From Candidatus Eiseniibacteriota bacterium (lineage in GTDB: Bacteria > Eisenbacteria > RBG-16-71-46 > JABDJR01), in contig CAWANH010000028.1 in NCBI GenBank assembly GCA_963783375.1, positions 1,024,001-1,088,000 on the forward strand: DNA of 64,000 nucleotides, in the 5' to 3' direction. Positions 52,958 through 62,869 of the stretch are shown piece by piece. How positions within the stretch are numbered: position 1 is the first letter of the stretch; every line of letters starts with the position of its first letter. Below the pieces are notes generated by a model. It saw nothing but the letters and a program-made list of their open reading frames with translations. It did not search any database and was not told the origin of the DNA. Position numbers and translations under genes: made by a program.

Positions 52958-53392
52958 ATGAGCGACGAGGTTCAAACCGGCAGCCTGATTCCCTACCTGG
53001 TCGAGATGTTCCGGTATCAGGCCTGGGTGTCCATGGGCAAGGTCGCCAGCCCGGCTACCGGCAAGGTGGAGCGGGAGATGCCGGTGGCCCGGGCCATGAT
53101 CGACATGCTGAGCGAGCTGGAGACCCGGACCGAGGGCCACCGGAGTCCGGATGAGACCCGGATGCTCCAGGGGGCCCTGACCGATCTGCGACTCAATTAC
53201 CTGGACGAGATGAAGAAGTCATCCGCTCGAGAAGCGACCGCGGAGCCGGCCGAAGGCGCGGAATCGGCGAAGGCCGGCGCCGAGCCATCGAGGGCGGCGG
53301 ACACCGCCGCCGGGAACGCGGACGATGCGATGGAGGCCGGCGCGGAGACGCCGGCGCCGGAAAAGGATTCGGAAACGACGGAGAAATCATGA
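52958..53392 (+). CDS. DUF1844-like protein
   Basis: A..MGK...P.TG......AR..IDML..L...T.G.....E...L...L..LRLNY pattern. Confidence 0.75.
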   Translation: MSDEVQTGSLIPYLVEMFRYQAWVSMGKVASPATGKVEREMPVARAMIDMLSELETRTEGHRSPDETRMLQGALTDLRLNYLDEMKKSSAREATAEPAEGAESAKAGAEPSRAADTAAGNADDAMEAGAETPAPEKDSETTEKS

Positions 53393-54015
53393 CACGGAGA
53401 CCGGATCGATACGACATCCCCATCGAGGACGGCGCCAATGACGCCCGGGGCGAGGGGATGGGGCCCGACGCCCGCGAGGCGGGGCTGGGCGGAACCCGGG
53501 GTGGGTCCGAGAGCGCGTCCCGCTCCCTGGAGGCCGAAGGGCCCGCCATGGAGGAGGACGTCTCCGCCCAGGTCGGCGGCGAGCGCGACGTGACCGAGGC
53601 CATCGATCATCTGCGCCGGCTCCAGGCCGAGTTCGTGAACTTCCGAAAGCGGATGGAACGGGAGCGGATGGAGACCGCGGCCTGGGCCCAGGGCCGGCTT
53701 ACGGAGCAGCTTCTCCCGGTCCTCGACGACTTCGATCGGGCGGTGGCTTCCCTGGCCCGGGAAGAGGATCCGCACCTTCAGGGATTCGCGATGATTCGCG
53801 AGAAGCTCTTCCGCGTCCTCACGGAGGCCGGTCTGGAGCGGATCGAATCGGAAGGAGAGGAGTTCGCGCCCGACCGCCACGAGGCCATCATGGCCCTGGA
53901 GGTCGACCCGGAGCGCGTGGGACGGGTGCTGAACGAGATCGAACCCGGCTATCTCTTCAAGGGAAAGCTCCTGCGACCGGCCCGGGTGCAGGTGGGAATC
54001 GCCGCCGAGGATTGA
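53389..54015 (+). CDS. grpE: Nucleotide exchange factor GrpE
   Basis: [29 protein letters not shown]...LLRPARV. Confidence 0.95.
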   Translation: MTRRPDRYDIPIEDGANDARGEGMGPDAREAGLGGTRGGSESASRSLEAEGPAMEEDVSAQVGGERDVTEAIDHLRRLQAEFVNFRKRMERERMETAAWAQGRLTEQLLPVLDDFDRAVASLAREEDPHLQGFAMIREKLFRVLTEAGLERIESEGEEFAPDRHEAIMALEVDPERVGRVLNEIEPGYLFKGKLLRPARVQVGIAAED

Positions 54016-54115
54016 CCCGGCGCCGCGGCCGGTCCGTCCGGGGAGTATGCTGATCGAGGCGGCCTCCCGGGAGCGGGGCGATGGGGTCCCGCCGGATCGG
54101 GTAAGCAAAGGCAAC

Positions 54116-54859
54116 ATGCAAGCGAAGGACTACTACAAGATTCTCGGGGTGCCGGAGACGGCCTCCGCGGACGAGATCAAGAAGGCCTACCGGAAGATCG
54201 CCCGGGCGAGCCATCCGGACCGGAATCCCGGGAACAAGGAGGCCGAAGACCGCTTCAAGGAGGCGAGCGAGGCCTACGAGATCCTGAGCAGCCCCGAGAA
54301 ACGGGAGAAGTTCGACGCCCTCCGCAAGTACGGCTTCGGCGAGGCCGGCTTCGGGGGCCAGGGGTCCCCGGGCCAGGGTTTCCCCGGTTTCGATCCGCGG
54401 TCCGGCGGCTTCCGCGTGCACATGCGGGGCGGAAATCCGGAGAACATCGACTTCGCAGACATCTTCAGCGACGACTCCCCCTTCGCCTCCCTCTTCGAGC
54501 AGATCTTCCAGCAGGCGGGCCAACCCCACCCCGGCGCCCGACCCCGCGCGCGGAGGGCCCGGCCTCGAAATCCTTCCGCCCGGCGGGGAGCCGCCAACGG
54601 AGGTCCCACCGCGGAGACGATTGCCGGGGATGATTTCTTCCGTCGCGAGGGACTCGACGTCCACTCGACGATCTGGCTCAAGCTGGACCAGTTGGAGAAG
54701 GGGGCCCGGGTCAAGGTGCGGACGCCCTCGGGGAAGAAGGCCCTGGTGCGGATCCCCTCCGGTACTCGAATCGGCGCCATGCTCCGTCTCCCCGGCATGG
54801 GTCTCGTGGCCGACGGTCGCAGAGGCGACCAATACGTCCACGTGGAGGCGGTGGATTGA
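54116..54859 (+). CDS. J-domain co-chaperone (class B, no zinc finger, short C-terminus)
   Basis: [19 protein letters not shown]-rich linker, LRLPGMG...GDQYV. Confidence 0.9.
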   Translation: MQAKDYYKILGVPETASADEIKKAYRKIARASHPDRNPGNKEAEDRFKEASEAYEILSSPEKREKFDALRKYGFGEAGFGGQGSPGQGFPGFDPRSGGFRVHMRGGNPENIDFADIFSDDSPFASLFEQIFQQAGQPHPGARPRARRARPRNPSARRGAANGGPTAETIAGDDFFRREGLDVHSTIWLKLDQLEKGARVKVRTPSGKKALVRIPSGTRIGAMLRLPGMGLVADGRRGDQYVHVEAVD

Positions 54860-56055
54860 CCCCGTCCCGGGATCCCCAACGCCTCGCCGCCATTCTGCGT
54901 CTTCTCGACGACACATCCCCGTTGGTGCGGGAGAAGGTCACCGAGGCCCTGGCCGAATACGGCAACGACCTGTTCGATGAGCTGGCGCGCATTCCCGGCG
55001 CGGTGGAGGAGAGTCAGCTCGAAGCGATCCGGACCTTGCTGGGCGAGCGGAGCCGGAGCTGGCTCCGGCGGTCGTGGTCCGCCTGGTTCGGGCTGGGCGA
55101 GGACGCCGACCGGCTCGAGACGGCTATGAGGCTCCTGGCCGAGTACCAGGCCGGCCGGCTTCTTCCGCGGAAGCTCCCCGAACTGCTCGATGGGTTGGCC
55201 GACGGTTTCCGGCGCTCGGATCGTCCCGTCGACGCGGCCGGTCTGGCCCGATACCTGTTCGAAGACCGCGCGATCGTAGGCGCGCGAGAGGACTATTACG
55301 CCCCCCGGCGATCGAGCATGGTCCACGCCATCGAGGACGGACGCGGCATCCCCATCACCATGGTTCTGATCTATATCCTCGTGGGGCGGCGCCTCGAGAT
55401 TCGGGTGGAGCCGGTGAATTTCCCCGGTCACTTCCTGGCCCGGGTCGTCGAGGCGGGCACGCCCCGATGGGTGGACTGCTACCACGGCGGGCGCTTTCTG
55501 ACCGAGGAGGATTTTCTGCGGGCCGATCCCCAGTTCCCCGAGGCGGTCCGTGAGGTGCTGAACGCCCGGGTGCCGGTAGAGGTCGTTCTGGCCCGGGTGC
55601 TCAACAACCTGGCTCGGGCCTACGGCGAGGCGGGGAGGATGGCGGACCGGGATTTCATGCGGGAGCTTCTCCAGGGAATTCAGAGCGCTCCACGCCCCGC
55701 CCTGCCGCTCTGCGGACCTTTCGAGGCCGAGGGTCGCGCGGACGATCCGGAACTCGAGGTGGGGAGCCTGGTTCGCCACCGATTGTACGGTTACCGGGGG
55801 GTTATCGTGGATCGGGACCCGGCCTGCCGCGCCGACGAGGAGTGGTATCGCTCCAACGCGACCCAGCCCGACCGGCGTCAGCCCTGGTACAGCGTGCTGG
55901 TGGACGGCACCAACGACATCACCTACGCGGCCCAGAGCAACCTCGAACTGGACGCCACCGCCCGGCCGGTCGTCCACCCCCTGGTCGGACAGTTCTTCAG
56001 CCGGTTCGAAAACGGGGTCTACATCCGGAACGAACGACCCTGGCCCGCCCGGTAG
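54856..56055 (+). CDS. SirB1/transglutaminase-like domain fused to HspQ (YccV-like) domain
   Basis: DYY.P..S, GIPIT...[15 protein letters not shown], then [20 protein letters not shown]...[19 protein letters not shown]. Confidence 0.85.
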   Translation: MTPSRDPQRLAAILRLLDDTSPLVREKVTEALAEYGNDLFDELARIPGAVEESQLEAIRTLLGERSRSWLRRSWSAWFGLGEDADRLETAMRLLAEYQAGRLLPRKLPELLDGLADGFRRSDRPVDAAGLARYLFEDRAIVGAREDYYAPRRSSMVHAIEDGRGIPITMVLIYILVGRRLEIRVEPVNFPGHFLARVVEAGTPRWVDCYHGGRFLTEEDFLRADPQFPEAVREVLNARVPVEVVLARVLNNLARAYGEAGRMADRDFMRELLQGIQSAPRPALPLCGPFEAEGRADDPELEVGSLVRHRLYGYRGVIVDRDPACRADEEWYRSNATQPDRRQPWYSVLVDGTNDITYAAQSNLELDATARPVVHPLVGQFFSRFENGVYIRNERPWPAR

Positions 56056-56166
56056 TCGATCGGTGTGATGGACTTCGGACCGGCGGTCCCCCGGTCCCGG
56101 CGGCTCTCTCCGGGCCGGGCACCCCTTCGGCGCGGCGGACTCCCGCCGGACCATGCGGTTCCCGCG

Positions 56167-56208
56167 AAAGAACAAACGCGCGGGCAAAGGGGGAACCTCG
56201 CCCGCGCG
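56167..56208 (-). terminator. Intrinsic terminator on the minus strand (second of a pair)
   Basis: CGCGCGGGC...GCCCGCGCG followed by TTTGTTCTTT. Confidence 0.7.
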
Positions 56209-56251
56209 CGGGGAGCAGGGGACGGGGCCAGGGGTCCCGCCGATCTCCCCG

Positions 56252-56432
56252 AAAGAAAGTGCCGGGTGCCCCGGAAACCCACCCCCGTTAACCAGGAGCC
56301 CCAGATGGGCCCCAGGTGCACCCGGCAACAGCCGAACCCCATGACTTCCGGCGGGCTATCCACCCCCCTCATCCCCACGGCCGGCTCCCGCACGAAATGA
56401 CCCTGGTCGTCATGAGGTGTCCATAAACGATA
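56252..56432 (-). ncRNA. Candidate sRNA divergent from the CarH-like gene (~180 nt)
   Basis: Minus-strand TTGACA(56466-61) with TAATGT/TATAAT; long hairpin TGCCGGGTGC/GCACCCGGCA with G-U pairs ending in CTTTCTTT. Confidence 0.5.
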
Positions 56433-56518
56433 GCTAGACATTATATGAACAAAAACGGTCTGTCAAGATGCTCTACCGAGGAATGTTTTTGACAACGGCT
56501 GGACAAGACGACTAGTGT
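56424..56518. promoter_or_regulatory. Divergent sigma70 promoters overlapped by CarH-type 11-bp-spaced TnnACA repeats
   Basis: TAAACG(56424), TAGACA(56435), TGAACA(56446); TTGACA(56489), TGGACA(56500); plus-strand TTGACA-18-TAGTGT. Confidence 0.7.
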
Positions 56519-56542
56519 GTTGCTCATTCGGAGGTTAGCGTC

Positions 56543-57499
56543 ATGAAGCGAACTCACTCCCCGTCGGGGGAGGCCCGACACCCGATCAAGCTCGCCGCCC
56601 GCAGGACCGGTCTATCTCCCGACGTTATAAGGGTTTGGGAGAAGAGATACGGAGCGGTGGTTCCGCGCCGGAACGCTCGGGGACAGCGGGCCTATTCCGA
56701 CGAGGACGTGGAGCGGCTCCGCCTCCTGGCCCAGGTGACCGCCGCGGGCCGGCGGATCGGGGATGTGGCCCGGCTCTCCGCGGAGGAACTCGCAACCCTG
56801 GCCCGTGAAGACGAGACCGCGGCCCGCCTCCTCCCCGCCCGCCGGGGAAGCCTGGGTGATTCCGCCGGCGCCTATCTCCGCCAGGCCCTGGCTGCGGTGA
56901 ACGATCTGGACGGACACGGTCTCGATCAGGCGATCACCGGCGCGTCCATCGCCTTGAGCCCCCAGGTGCTTCGCCGCGAGGTGCTCTTCCCGTTCCTCCA
57001 TGAGATCGGTGACCGGTGGCAGGCGGGCAGCCTTCGCGTCGTACACGAGCACCTGGCCTCGGCCCTGGTGCGCTCGTTTCTCGGATCGATCCGAAACGGC
57101 CACAACCTCCCCGATTCCGCCCCCCACATACTGGTCACCACCCCCGCCGGCCAGCTCCACGAACTGGGCGCGCTCATGGCGGCGGCGGGAGCGAGCGAGG
57201 TGGGGTGGCGGGCGACCTACCTGGGGCCCAACCTTCCCGCCGAAGAGATCGCCGCCGCCGTGATTCAGAAGCGGGCGAAGGCGGTGGGGCTGAGCATCGT
57301 CTATCCCATGGACGACCCCCGCCTTCACGACGAACTCCGACGGCTTCACCGCCATCTCGACGGTGGAGTAATTCTCTTCGCGGGGGGAGACGGCGCGCCC
57401 GCCTACGCCGGCGTGCTGGAGGAGATTTACGCGATCCGCCTGGATTCCGTGGCGGCGCTCCAGGAGGAGCTCAAGTCCCTGAACCGAGCCGCCGGCTGA
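56543..57499 (+). CDS. MerR-type cobalamin-binding regulator (CarH/LitR family)
   Basis: IRVWEKRY HTH; W-x9-EH (WQAGSLRVVHEH); QLHELG (ExHxxG variant); YLGPNLP. Confidence 0.88.
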   Translation: MKRTHSPSGEARHPIKLAARRTGLSPDVIRVWEKRYGAVVPRRNARGQRAYSDEDVERLRLLAQVTAAGRRIGDVARLSAEELATLAREDETAARLLPARRGSLGDSAGAYLRQALAAVNDLDGHGLDQAITGASIALSPQVLRREVLFPFLHEIGDRWQAGSLRVVHEHLASALVRSFLGSIRNGHNLPDSAPHILVTTPAGQLHELGALMAAAGASEVGWRATYLGPNLPAEEIAAAVIQKRAKAVGLSIVYPMDDPRLHDELRRLHRHLDGGVILFAGGDGAPAYAGVLEEIYAIRLDSVAALQEELKSLNRAAG

Positions 57500-57520
57500 G
57501 ATCGATCGTCTCCGGCGACC

Positions 57521-59227
57521 TCAGCCGGGATGGTGCAATCCGACGGTACCGGGGGGCGCCACGTCGACCACCCAGATCGGGCCGTCCGGCTCCATCATGG
57601 AGAGCCCGGGGTGATCCCGGATCTCCCGCCGGAGTCGCTCCACCTCGGCCGCCGGGTAGCGGTCGGTGTGGATCAGCACGTAGGTGATCCCCAGCTCCCT
57701 CAACATGGCCACCGAACTGTTGTCGGGAAAGACCTGCATTTCGGTTCGGAGCTTCCGGGTGATGGGCGGAACGAACGCCGCCACGCCGTTGGCCAACCTC
57801 TTCTTGTGGACGAGTGAATAGAGCTGGTATCGACCGAAATCGACGTTCTCATCGCCTTCGTCCGCGGGCATGGGAAGCTCCACGATGGCCAGGGAACCAT
57901 CCACGCTTCCCAGCCAACGGTAGACCGCGGGAATGCCGTGGGGAAGCGGATTCAGGAGCTGCACCGGCGCGGCGAAGAGCTCCAGCGCGGCCAGGCCCAC
58001 CGCCGCGAGCCCGAAGATACCCCGCCTTCCGAACCGCCCGGCGAGGAGCGTGAGCCCCCCCGCGGCCAGGATCGCGATCCCCAAAGAGGCCAGGGTGATG
58101 AAGCGAACCGGAGCGCGGATGAAGGAGGCCCCCGGGATCACGTAGCGGACCAGGATGTAGGGGAGGGGAAACCGGGCTCCCGGGCCTCCCAGGGCAGGAC
58201 CCAGGGCCAGGATCGCGGCGATCGGGATGAGGAGCGCGTAGAAGATCATCTCCGGGCGATGGGGATGCCGGCGCCAGCCTCGGGACAGCGCCCAGAAGAG
58301 CGCCAGGCCGAGCGCCACCACCCCGGGGAAGAGCGGATGCCGCGCGGCGTCCCCCCAGGGGGCCAGGCCGCGAAGGAGGCTCCCCGGGGCGGGGGTCAGG
58401 AAGTCGCGGGGGAGGGCGCTGTAGAGCGCGGTCTGTCCGAGCCCGCGGTGGAATCCGATATCCGCCCGCAGATTGTGGAGATAGGGGGTGGAGAAGGGGG
58501 CCGCCACCACCAGGCCGATCGCCACCGCGGTGAGGATCACCCAGCGTTGCCGGCTCAGTAGATCGATGGTCTGGCTCCGGTCGGTGACCAGAAGCACGAT
58601 CAGGTAGATGAGTACGACCAGGAGAAGGAACACGCCGCTGTAGGTGCTGGAGAGAAACTGGGCCAGGCAAAAAGCGAGACACAGGAAGAGCTCCCGCCGG
58701 AGCCTGGTTTCCACCCAGAGATGCAGGGAGAGGAGGGCGAACGGGATCCACATCATGGCCAGCACGTTGATCTGGCCCGCGTTGTGATAACGGAAGGGGT
58801 GGAAGGCGAAGAGCACGCCGGCCAGAAGAGCGGCCGGGGTATTGTCGGTGAGGTAGCGCGCGAGGAGGAACGCCCCCAGCCCGGAGAGCACGAAGGTGAG
58901 GAGCCAGACCATGTTGAACCCCACGATCATGCTGCCGGTGGCCCAGTTTATGGGCGCGGCGAGCACGGCGAGGCCGAACACGTGGTCCAGGAATGACAAG
59001 GAAGCGGAGTAGGGATAGAAGAAGGTGGCGTGAAAGAGGTGAAGAGGATTGTTGGCCAGGCTCTGGGCCCCCCAGGTGACGGCGTAGAGCAACTGGATGG
59101 CGTCGAAGGCGGGCTGGGCCACGGGGACTTCGTGCCGCAGGTGGATGGCGAGCGGCCAAGTGAAGACCAGGGTCAGAAGGACGTATATCGCCAGCGCGAG
59201 AAGCAGATCTCGTCGCGAAACGACCAC
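57521..59227 (-). CDS. Polytopic membrane protein, GT-C glycosyltransferase-like (YfhO-type)
   Basis: About 11 hydrophobic helices, TWPL, FFYP, RAPVRF, C-terminal soluble ELP...NG...LRELGITYVLIH domain. Confidence 0.75.
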   Translation of the reverse strand: MVVSRRDLLLALAIYVLLTLVFTWPLAIHLRHEVPVAQPAFDAIQLLYAVTWGAQSLANNPLHLFHATFFYPYSASLSFLDHVFGLAVLAAPINWATGSMIVGFNMVWLLTFVLSGLGAFLLARYLTDNTPAALLAGVLFAFHPFRYHNAGQINVLAMMWIPFALLSLHLWVETRLRRELFLCLAFCLAQFLSSTYSGVFLLLVVLIYLIVLLVTDRSQTIDLLSRQRWVILTAVAIGLVVAAPFSTPYLHNLRADIGFHRGLGQTALYSALPRDFLTPAPGSLLRGLAPWGDAARHPLFPGVVALGLALFWALSRGWRRHPHRPEMIFYALLIPIAAILALGPALGGPGARFPLPYILVRYVIPGASFIRAPVRFITLASLGIAILAAGGLTLLAGRFGRRGIFGLAAVGLAALELFAAPVQLLNPLPHGIPAVYRWLGSVDGSLAIVELPMPADEGDENVDFGRYQLYSLVHKKRLANGVAAFVPPITRKLRTEMQVFPDNSSVAMLRELGITYVLIHTDRYPAAEVERLRREIRDHPGLSMMEPDGPIWVVDVAPPGTVGLHHPG

Positions 59228-59354
59228 GGGGGGGAACCTTCCGCTTGCAATCGAGGCGGTCGGAGCGAGGTCACACCGGAGGGCGCCGACCCATTCGATT
59301 GACAGTAAGTCACCGCATTATATAGGGTTGCTCAGTCCGTCGCAAGGAGTGAGG

Positions 59355-60347
59355 GTGAAACGAAAGGCCGGCCGGCGCATCTTCGAGGAGCTCGGTTCCC
59401 TGACCACCGAGGGGCGAAATCCCGAATCGGTGAACCTGGACCGGCTGGCCGCGCCGGAGCTGCTCCGTCTCCTGAACCGGGAGGACGCCCTGGTGGCGGG
59501 GGCGGTGGCCGGGGAGATCCCGCACATCGAGATGGCGGTGGAGCTGGTGGTGGAGGCGTTCCACGCCGGCGGCCGGCTCCTCTACGTGGGAGCGGGGACG
59601 AGCGGCCGGCTGGGAGTGGCCGACGCCGCCGAGTGTCCGCCCACCTTCGGGTCGGACCCCGAGACGGTGCAGGGAATCATCGCGGGAGGCGAGGCGGCTC
59701 TGGTCCGGGCGGTGGAGGGGGCGGAGGACGACGCCGACGCCGGGGCCGAGGCGGTGCGGGAGCGCGGGGTCGGGCCCGGCGACGTGGTCATGGGGATCGC
59801 GGCCAGCCGTCGGACTCCCTTCGTTCTGGCCGCGGTGGCCGAGGCCCGATACCTGGGCGCGCGCACCGTGTATCTCACCATGAACCCGAGGGACACGATC
59901 GACTTCGAGGTGGACGTGGCCATCTGCCCGGTGGTGGGTCCCGAGGTGCTCATGGGCTCCACGCGCATGAAGTCCGCCCTGGCCCAGAAGATGGTCCTCA
60001 CCATGATCACCACCGCCGCTTTCGTCCGGATGGGAAAAGTCTACGAGAACATGATGGTGGATCTTTCCGCGGGGAGCGCCAAGCTCCGGGAGCGGGGGAA
60101 GCGGGTGGTGATGACGATCACCGGACGCGACTACGACGCCGCCTCCGACGCCCTGACCCGGGCCGACGGCTCGGTGAAGACCGCCATCGTGATGATCGAG
60201 TCCGGAGTGGACGCGGATGCGGCGCGAACCCTGTTGAACGAGGCCGGCGGATTCGTGCGGGGCGCCCTGGAGCGCGCGGCCGCGGGTCCCGAGCCCCGGC
60301 CCACGGATGCCCCGGGGCCGTCCGAAGAGAAAGGAACGACGACATGA
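59355..60347 (+). CDS. murQ: N-acetylmuramic acid 6-phosphate etherase
   Basis: LTTEGRNP, GAGTSGRLG, ECPPTFG, AVEGAED, GPEVLMGSTRMK, GKVYENMMVD; AAGGAG RBS. Confidence 0.95.
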   Translation: MKRKAGRRIFEELGSLTTEGRNPESVNLDRLAAPELLRLLNREDALVAGAVAGEIPHIEMAVELVVEAFHAGGRLLYVGAGTSGRLGVADAAECPPTFGSDPETVQGIIAGGEAALVRAVEGAEDDADAGAEAVRERGVGPGDVVMGIAASRRTPFVLAAVAEARYLGARTVYLTMNPRDTIDFEVDVAICPVVGPEVLMGSTRMKSALAQKMVLTMITTAAFVRMGKVYENMMVDLSAGSAKLRERGKRVVMTITGRDYDAASDALTRADGSVKTAIVMIESGVDADAARTLLNEAGGFVRGALERAAAGPEPRPTDAPGPSEEKGTTT

Positions 60348-61597
60348 TCTCCGAGCTTTCCGGTCGTGGGAGCTACGCGCTCCGGGCGGCGCGCGGAGTG
60401 GACGTGACGGCGGGGAAGGTGGTGGAGGACGCGGTGGTCCTGGTGGAGAACGAGCGGATCACCGGGTTCGGGAAGGGACTCGCCACGCCCGCCGGGGCCT
60501 CGGTGATCGATCTCGGGGACGCCACCCTCCTCCCCGGGCTTCACGACAACCACTCCCATCTCCTCATGGAACCGATCGACCTGGTAACTTCGGTCTACCG
60601 GTGGGGCTCGGCGACCAAGGCGCTCCACGGTCTCCGGAACGCCCAGAAGACCCTGTGGGGCGGATTCACCACCGTGCGCGTTCCCGGGGACTCCGACTGG
60701 CAGAACGCCCTGGTGGAACTCCGGAACTTCATCGCCCAGGGCCACGCCCCCGGGCCGCGGATGCTGGTGGCGCCGCACTACCTCTCGATCACCGGCGGCC
60801 ACGGCGACGCCAACGATTTCGCCTGCGATCTGTGCATGCAACCGATGGGGAAGATCGTGGACGGGGTGGAGGAGATGCGGAAGGCGGTTCGGGAGGAGAT
60901 CAAGCTCGGGGCGGATTGGATCAAGCTCTTCGCCTCGGGAGGCGTGCTCAGCATGGGGGACGACCCCAACCACGCCCACTACACCCTGGAGGAGATCCGG
61001 GTCGCCGCGGAGGAGGCGCACCGGCTGGGGAAGCGGATCACCGCCCACGCCCACGGGGCCCAGGCGGTGAAGTACTGCGCCGAGGCCGGGTTCGACTCGG
61101 TCGAGCACTGCAGCTTCATCGACGACGAGGGGATCGGGATGATGAAGGCCAAGGGGATCCCCTGCGTTCCCACCCTCTACGTGCTCGACTACCTGCAGAT
61201 CCCGGAGAACCCGATGAACCTCGACCCCTCGATCATCAAGAAGGCGACCGACGCCCGCGGGCTCCAGCGGGATCGTTTCGCCCGGATCGTGAAGCACGGC
61301 GCCCCGGTGGTCTACGGAACCGACATCGGGATCTTCCCCCACGGCGAGAACTGGCGGGACTTCCCGGTCATGGTCGAGTGCGGGATGGCCCCGATGGAGG
61401 CGATACGGGCCGCCACCGTGAACTCGGCGCGGATGAACGGAATCGACGGGGAGGTCGGCGTCCTCGAGGAGGGAAAGCTGGCCGACGTGGTCGCGGTGGC
61501 CGGGGACCCGCTGGCCGACGTCCAGCGGATGGGGGACGTCCGTTTCGTGATGCGGGACGGGGTGGTCTACCGGAACGACGGGGGGACGGCGGCATGA
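60344..61597 (+). CDS. Metal-dependent amidohydrolase (Xaa-Pro dipeptidase-like)
   Basis: PGLHDNHSH, GFTTVR, TGGHGD, GADWIK, AHAHG, EHC, GTD, GKLAD; ATGA overlap. Confidence 0.9.
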   Translation: MISELSGRGSYALRAARGVDVTAGKVVEDAVVLVENERITGFGKGLATPAGASVIDLGDATLLPGLHDNHSHLLMEPIDLVTSVYRWGSATKALHGLRNAQKTLWGGFTTVRVPGDSDWQNALVELRNFIAQGHAPGPRMLVAPHYLSITGGHGDANDFACDLCMQPMGKIVDGVEEMRKAVREEIKLGADWIKLFASGGVLSMGDDPNHAHYTLEEIRVAAEEAHRLGKRITAHAHGAQAVKYCAEAGFDSVEHCSFIDDEGIGMMKAKGIPCVPTLYVLDYLQIPENPMNLDPSIIKKATDARGLQRDRFARIVKHGAPVVYGTDIGIFPHGENWRDFPVMVECGMAPMEAIRAATVNSARMNGIDGEVGVLEEGKLADVVAVAGDPLADVQRMGDVRFVMRDGVVYRNDGGTAA

Positions 61598-62829
61598 AGC
61601 GCGTTCTTGGGGCGGTGCTGATCGCGGCGGCCTGCGGGTTGGGTTGCGGAAAGGGCGGCGGCGCCGGAAACGGCCCGGTGACCGTCACCTTCTGGGAGTT
61701 CTTCCCCGTCGAGACCGTCCGCCCCCTGATCGACGCCTTCGAGGCCGCGCACCCCGGCATCAAGGTGGATCTGCAGCAGCTCACCTGGCAGAACGGGCAG
61801 GAGAAGATCACCGCCGCCGCGGCGGCCGGGAACCCCCCCGACCTCTGCGAGCTGGGGAGCACCTGGTTCGCCAAGTTCGCCGGGAACGGGGTCCTGGCCG
61901 ATCTCACCGAGCGGGCCGCCGGCCTCCGTCCCGGCTACCGGATGTGGGACGCCTGCACCTACGACGGCCGCGTGTACGGGCTGCCCTGGCTCACCGGGAC
62001 CCGGGCGCTGTTCGTGAATCGCGGCCTCATGCGCCGGGCCGGACTGGATCCCGAACGGCTTCCCGAGACCTGGGACGACCTGCTCCATCTCGCGGTCCAG
62101 GTGGACGCCCTCGGGGACCAGACCTACGGCTACGGGCTGAACAGCGGGGAGCGCTACGTCCAGATCAAGAAGTTCATGCCCTTCGCCTGGGGTAACGGGG
62201 GGAGCGTCCTCACTCCGGACCGGACGCGGTGCGCGTTCGCCGGGCCTCCGGTCCTCGAGGCCCTGCGTTACTATCTGAAGCTCAGACCCTACTCCCTGCT
62301 CGAGAAGCAGGAGGTGCTGGACCAGGCCTTCAAGGACGGGAAGATCGGCGCCATGATCTCGGGCTCCTGGCTCCTCCGGACCCTGCCCCGCGACGCCCCC
62401 CACCTGGACTTCGCGGTGACCCTGGTCCCCAAGCCCGCGGCCGATCGCGGAACGCACGCGTCGTTCGGCGGGGGGGAGGTCCTGGTGGTGTTTCGCCGTT
62501 CCCCCCGCCAGGAGGCCGCCCTGGAGCTGGCGCGCTACCTGATCGAGGCCCCCCAGGCCATGGCGGTGGCCAAGGATCAGATGAGCGTCCTTCCCGCGGC
62601 GGTGGGCGCGGAGAAGGACCCCTACTTCGCCGCGAACCCCGGGATGGCGGTGTTCATGGATCAGCTCCGGACCGCGGTGTTCCCTCCCAACATCGAGTCC
62701 TGGCTCCAGATCGAGGACGCGGTGGACGCGTCGCTGGAGAAGGCGGTCTTCGGGAAGGTCGAGCCGGACGCGGCCCTGGCCGGGGCCTGCAAGGCCATCG
62801 ACGCGATCCTCGCCACCCCGGCTCGGTGA
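61594..62829 (+). CDS. Sugar ABC transporter solute-binding lipoprotein
   Basis: Lipobox GLGC; FEAAHPGIKV, GNPPD, YGLPW, LPETWDDL, FKDGKIGAM. Confidence 0.88.
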   Translation: MKRVLGAVLIAAACGLGCGKGGGAGNGPVTVTFWEFFPVETVRPLIDAFEAAHPGIKVDLQQLTWQNGQEKITAAAAAGNPPDLCELGSTWFAKFAGNGVLADLTERAAGLRPGYRMWDACTYDGRVYGLPWLTGTRALFVNRGLMRRAGLDPERLPETWDDLLHLAVQVDALGDQTYGYGLNSGERYVQIKKFMPFAWGNGGSVLTPDRTRCAFAGPPVLEALRYYLKLRPYSLLEKQEVLDQAFKDGKIGAMISGSWLLRTLPRDAPHLDFAVTLVPKPAADRGTHASFGGGEVLVVFRRSPRQEAALELARYLIEAPQAMAVAKDQMSVLPAAVGAEKDPYFAANPGMAVFMDQLRTAVFPPNIESWLQIEDAVDASLEKAVFGKVEPDAALAGACKAIDAILATPAR

Positions 62830-62869
62830 GGGCTTTTCACAGTGTTGATTCGCGGGAAGGAGCGGCGCC

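Noticed and set aside
56019-56441. 140-aa minus-strand ORF as the CarH target
   Set aside because: Its start lies inside the -10 region, there is no SD, and it crosses two terminators.
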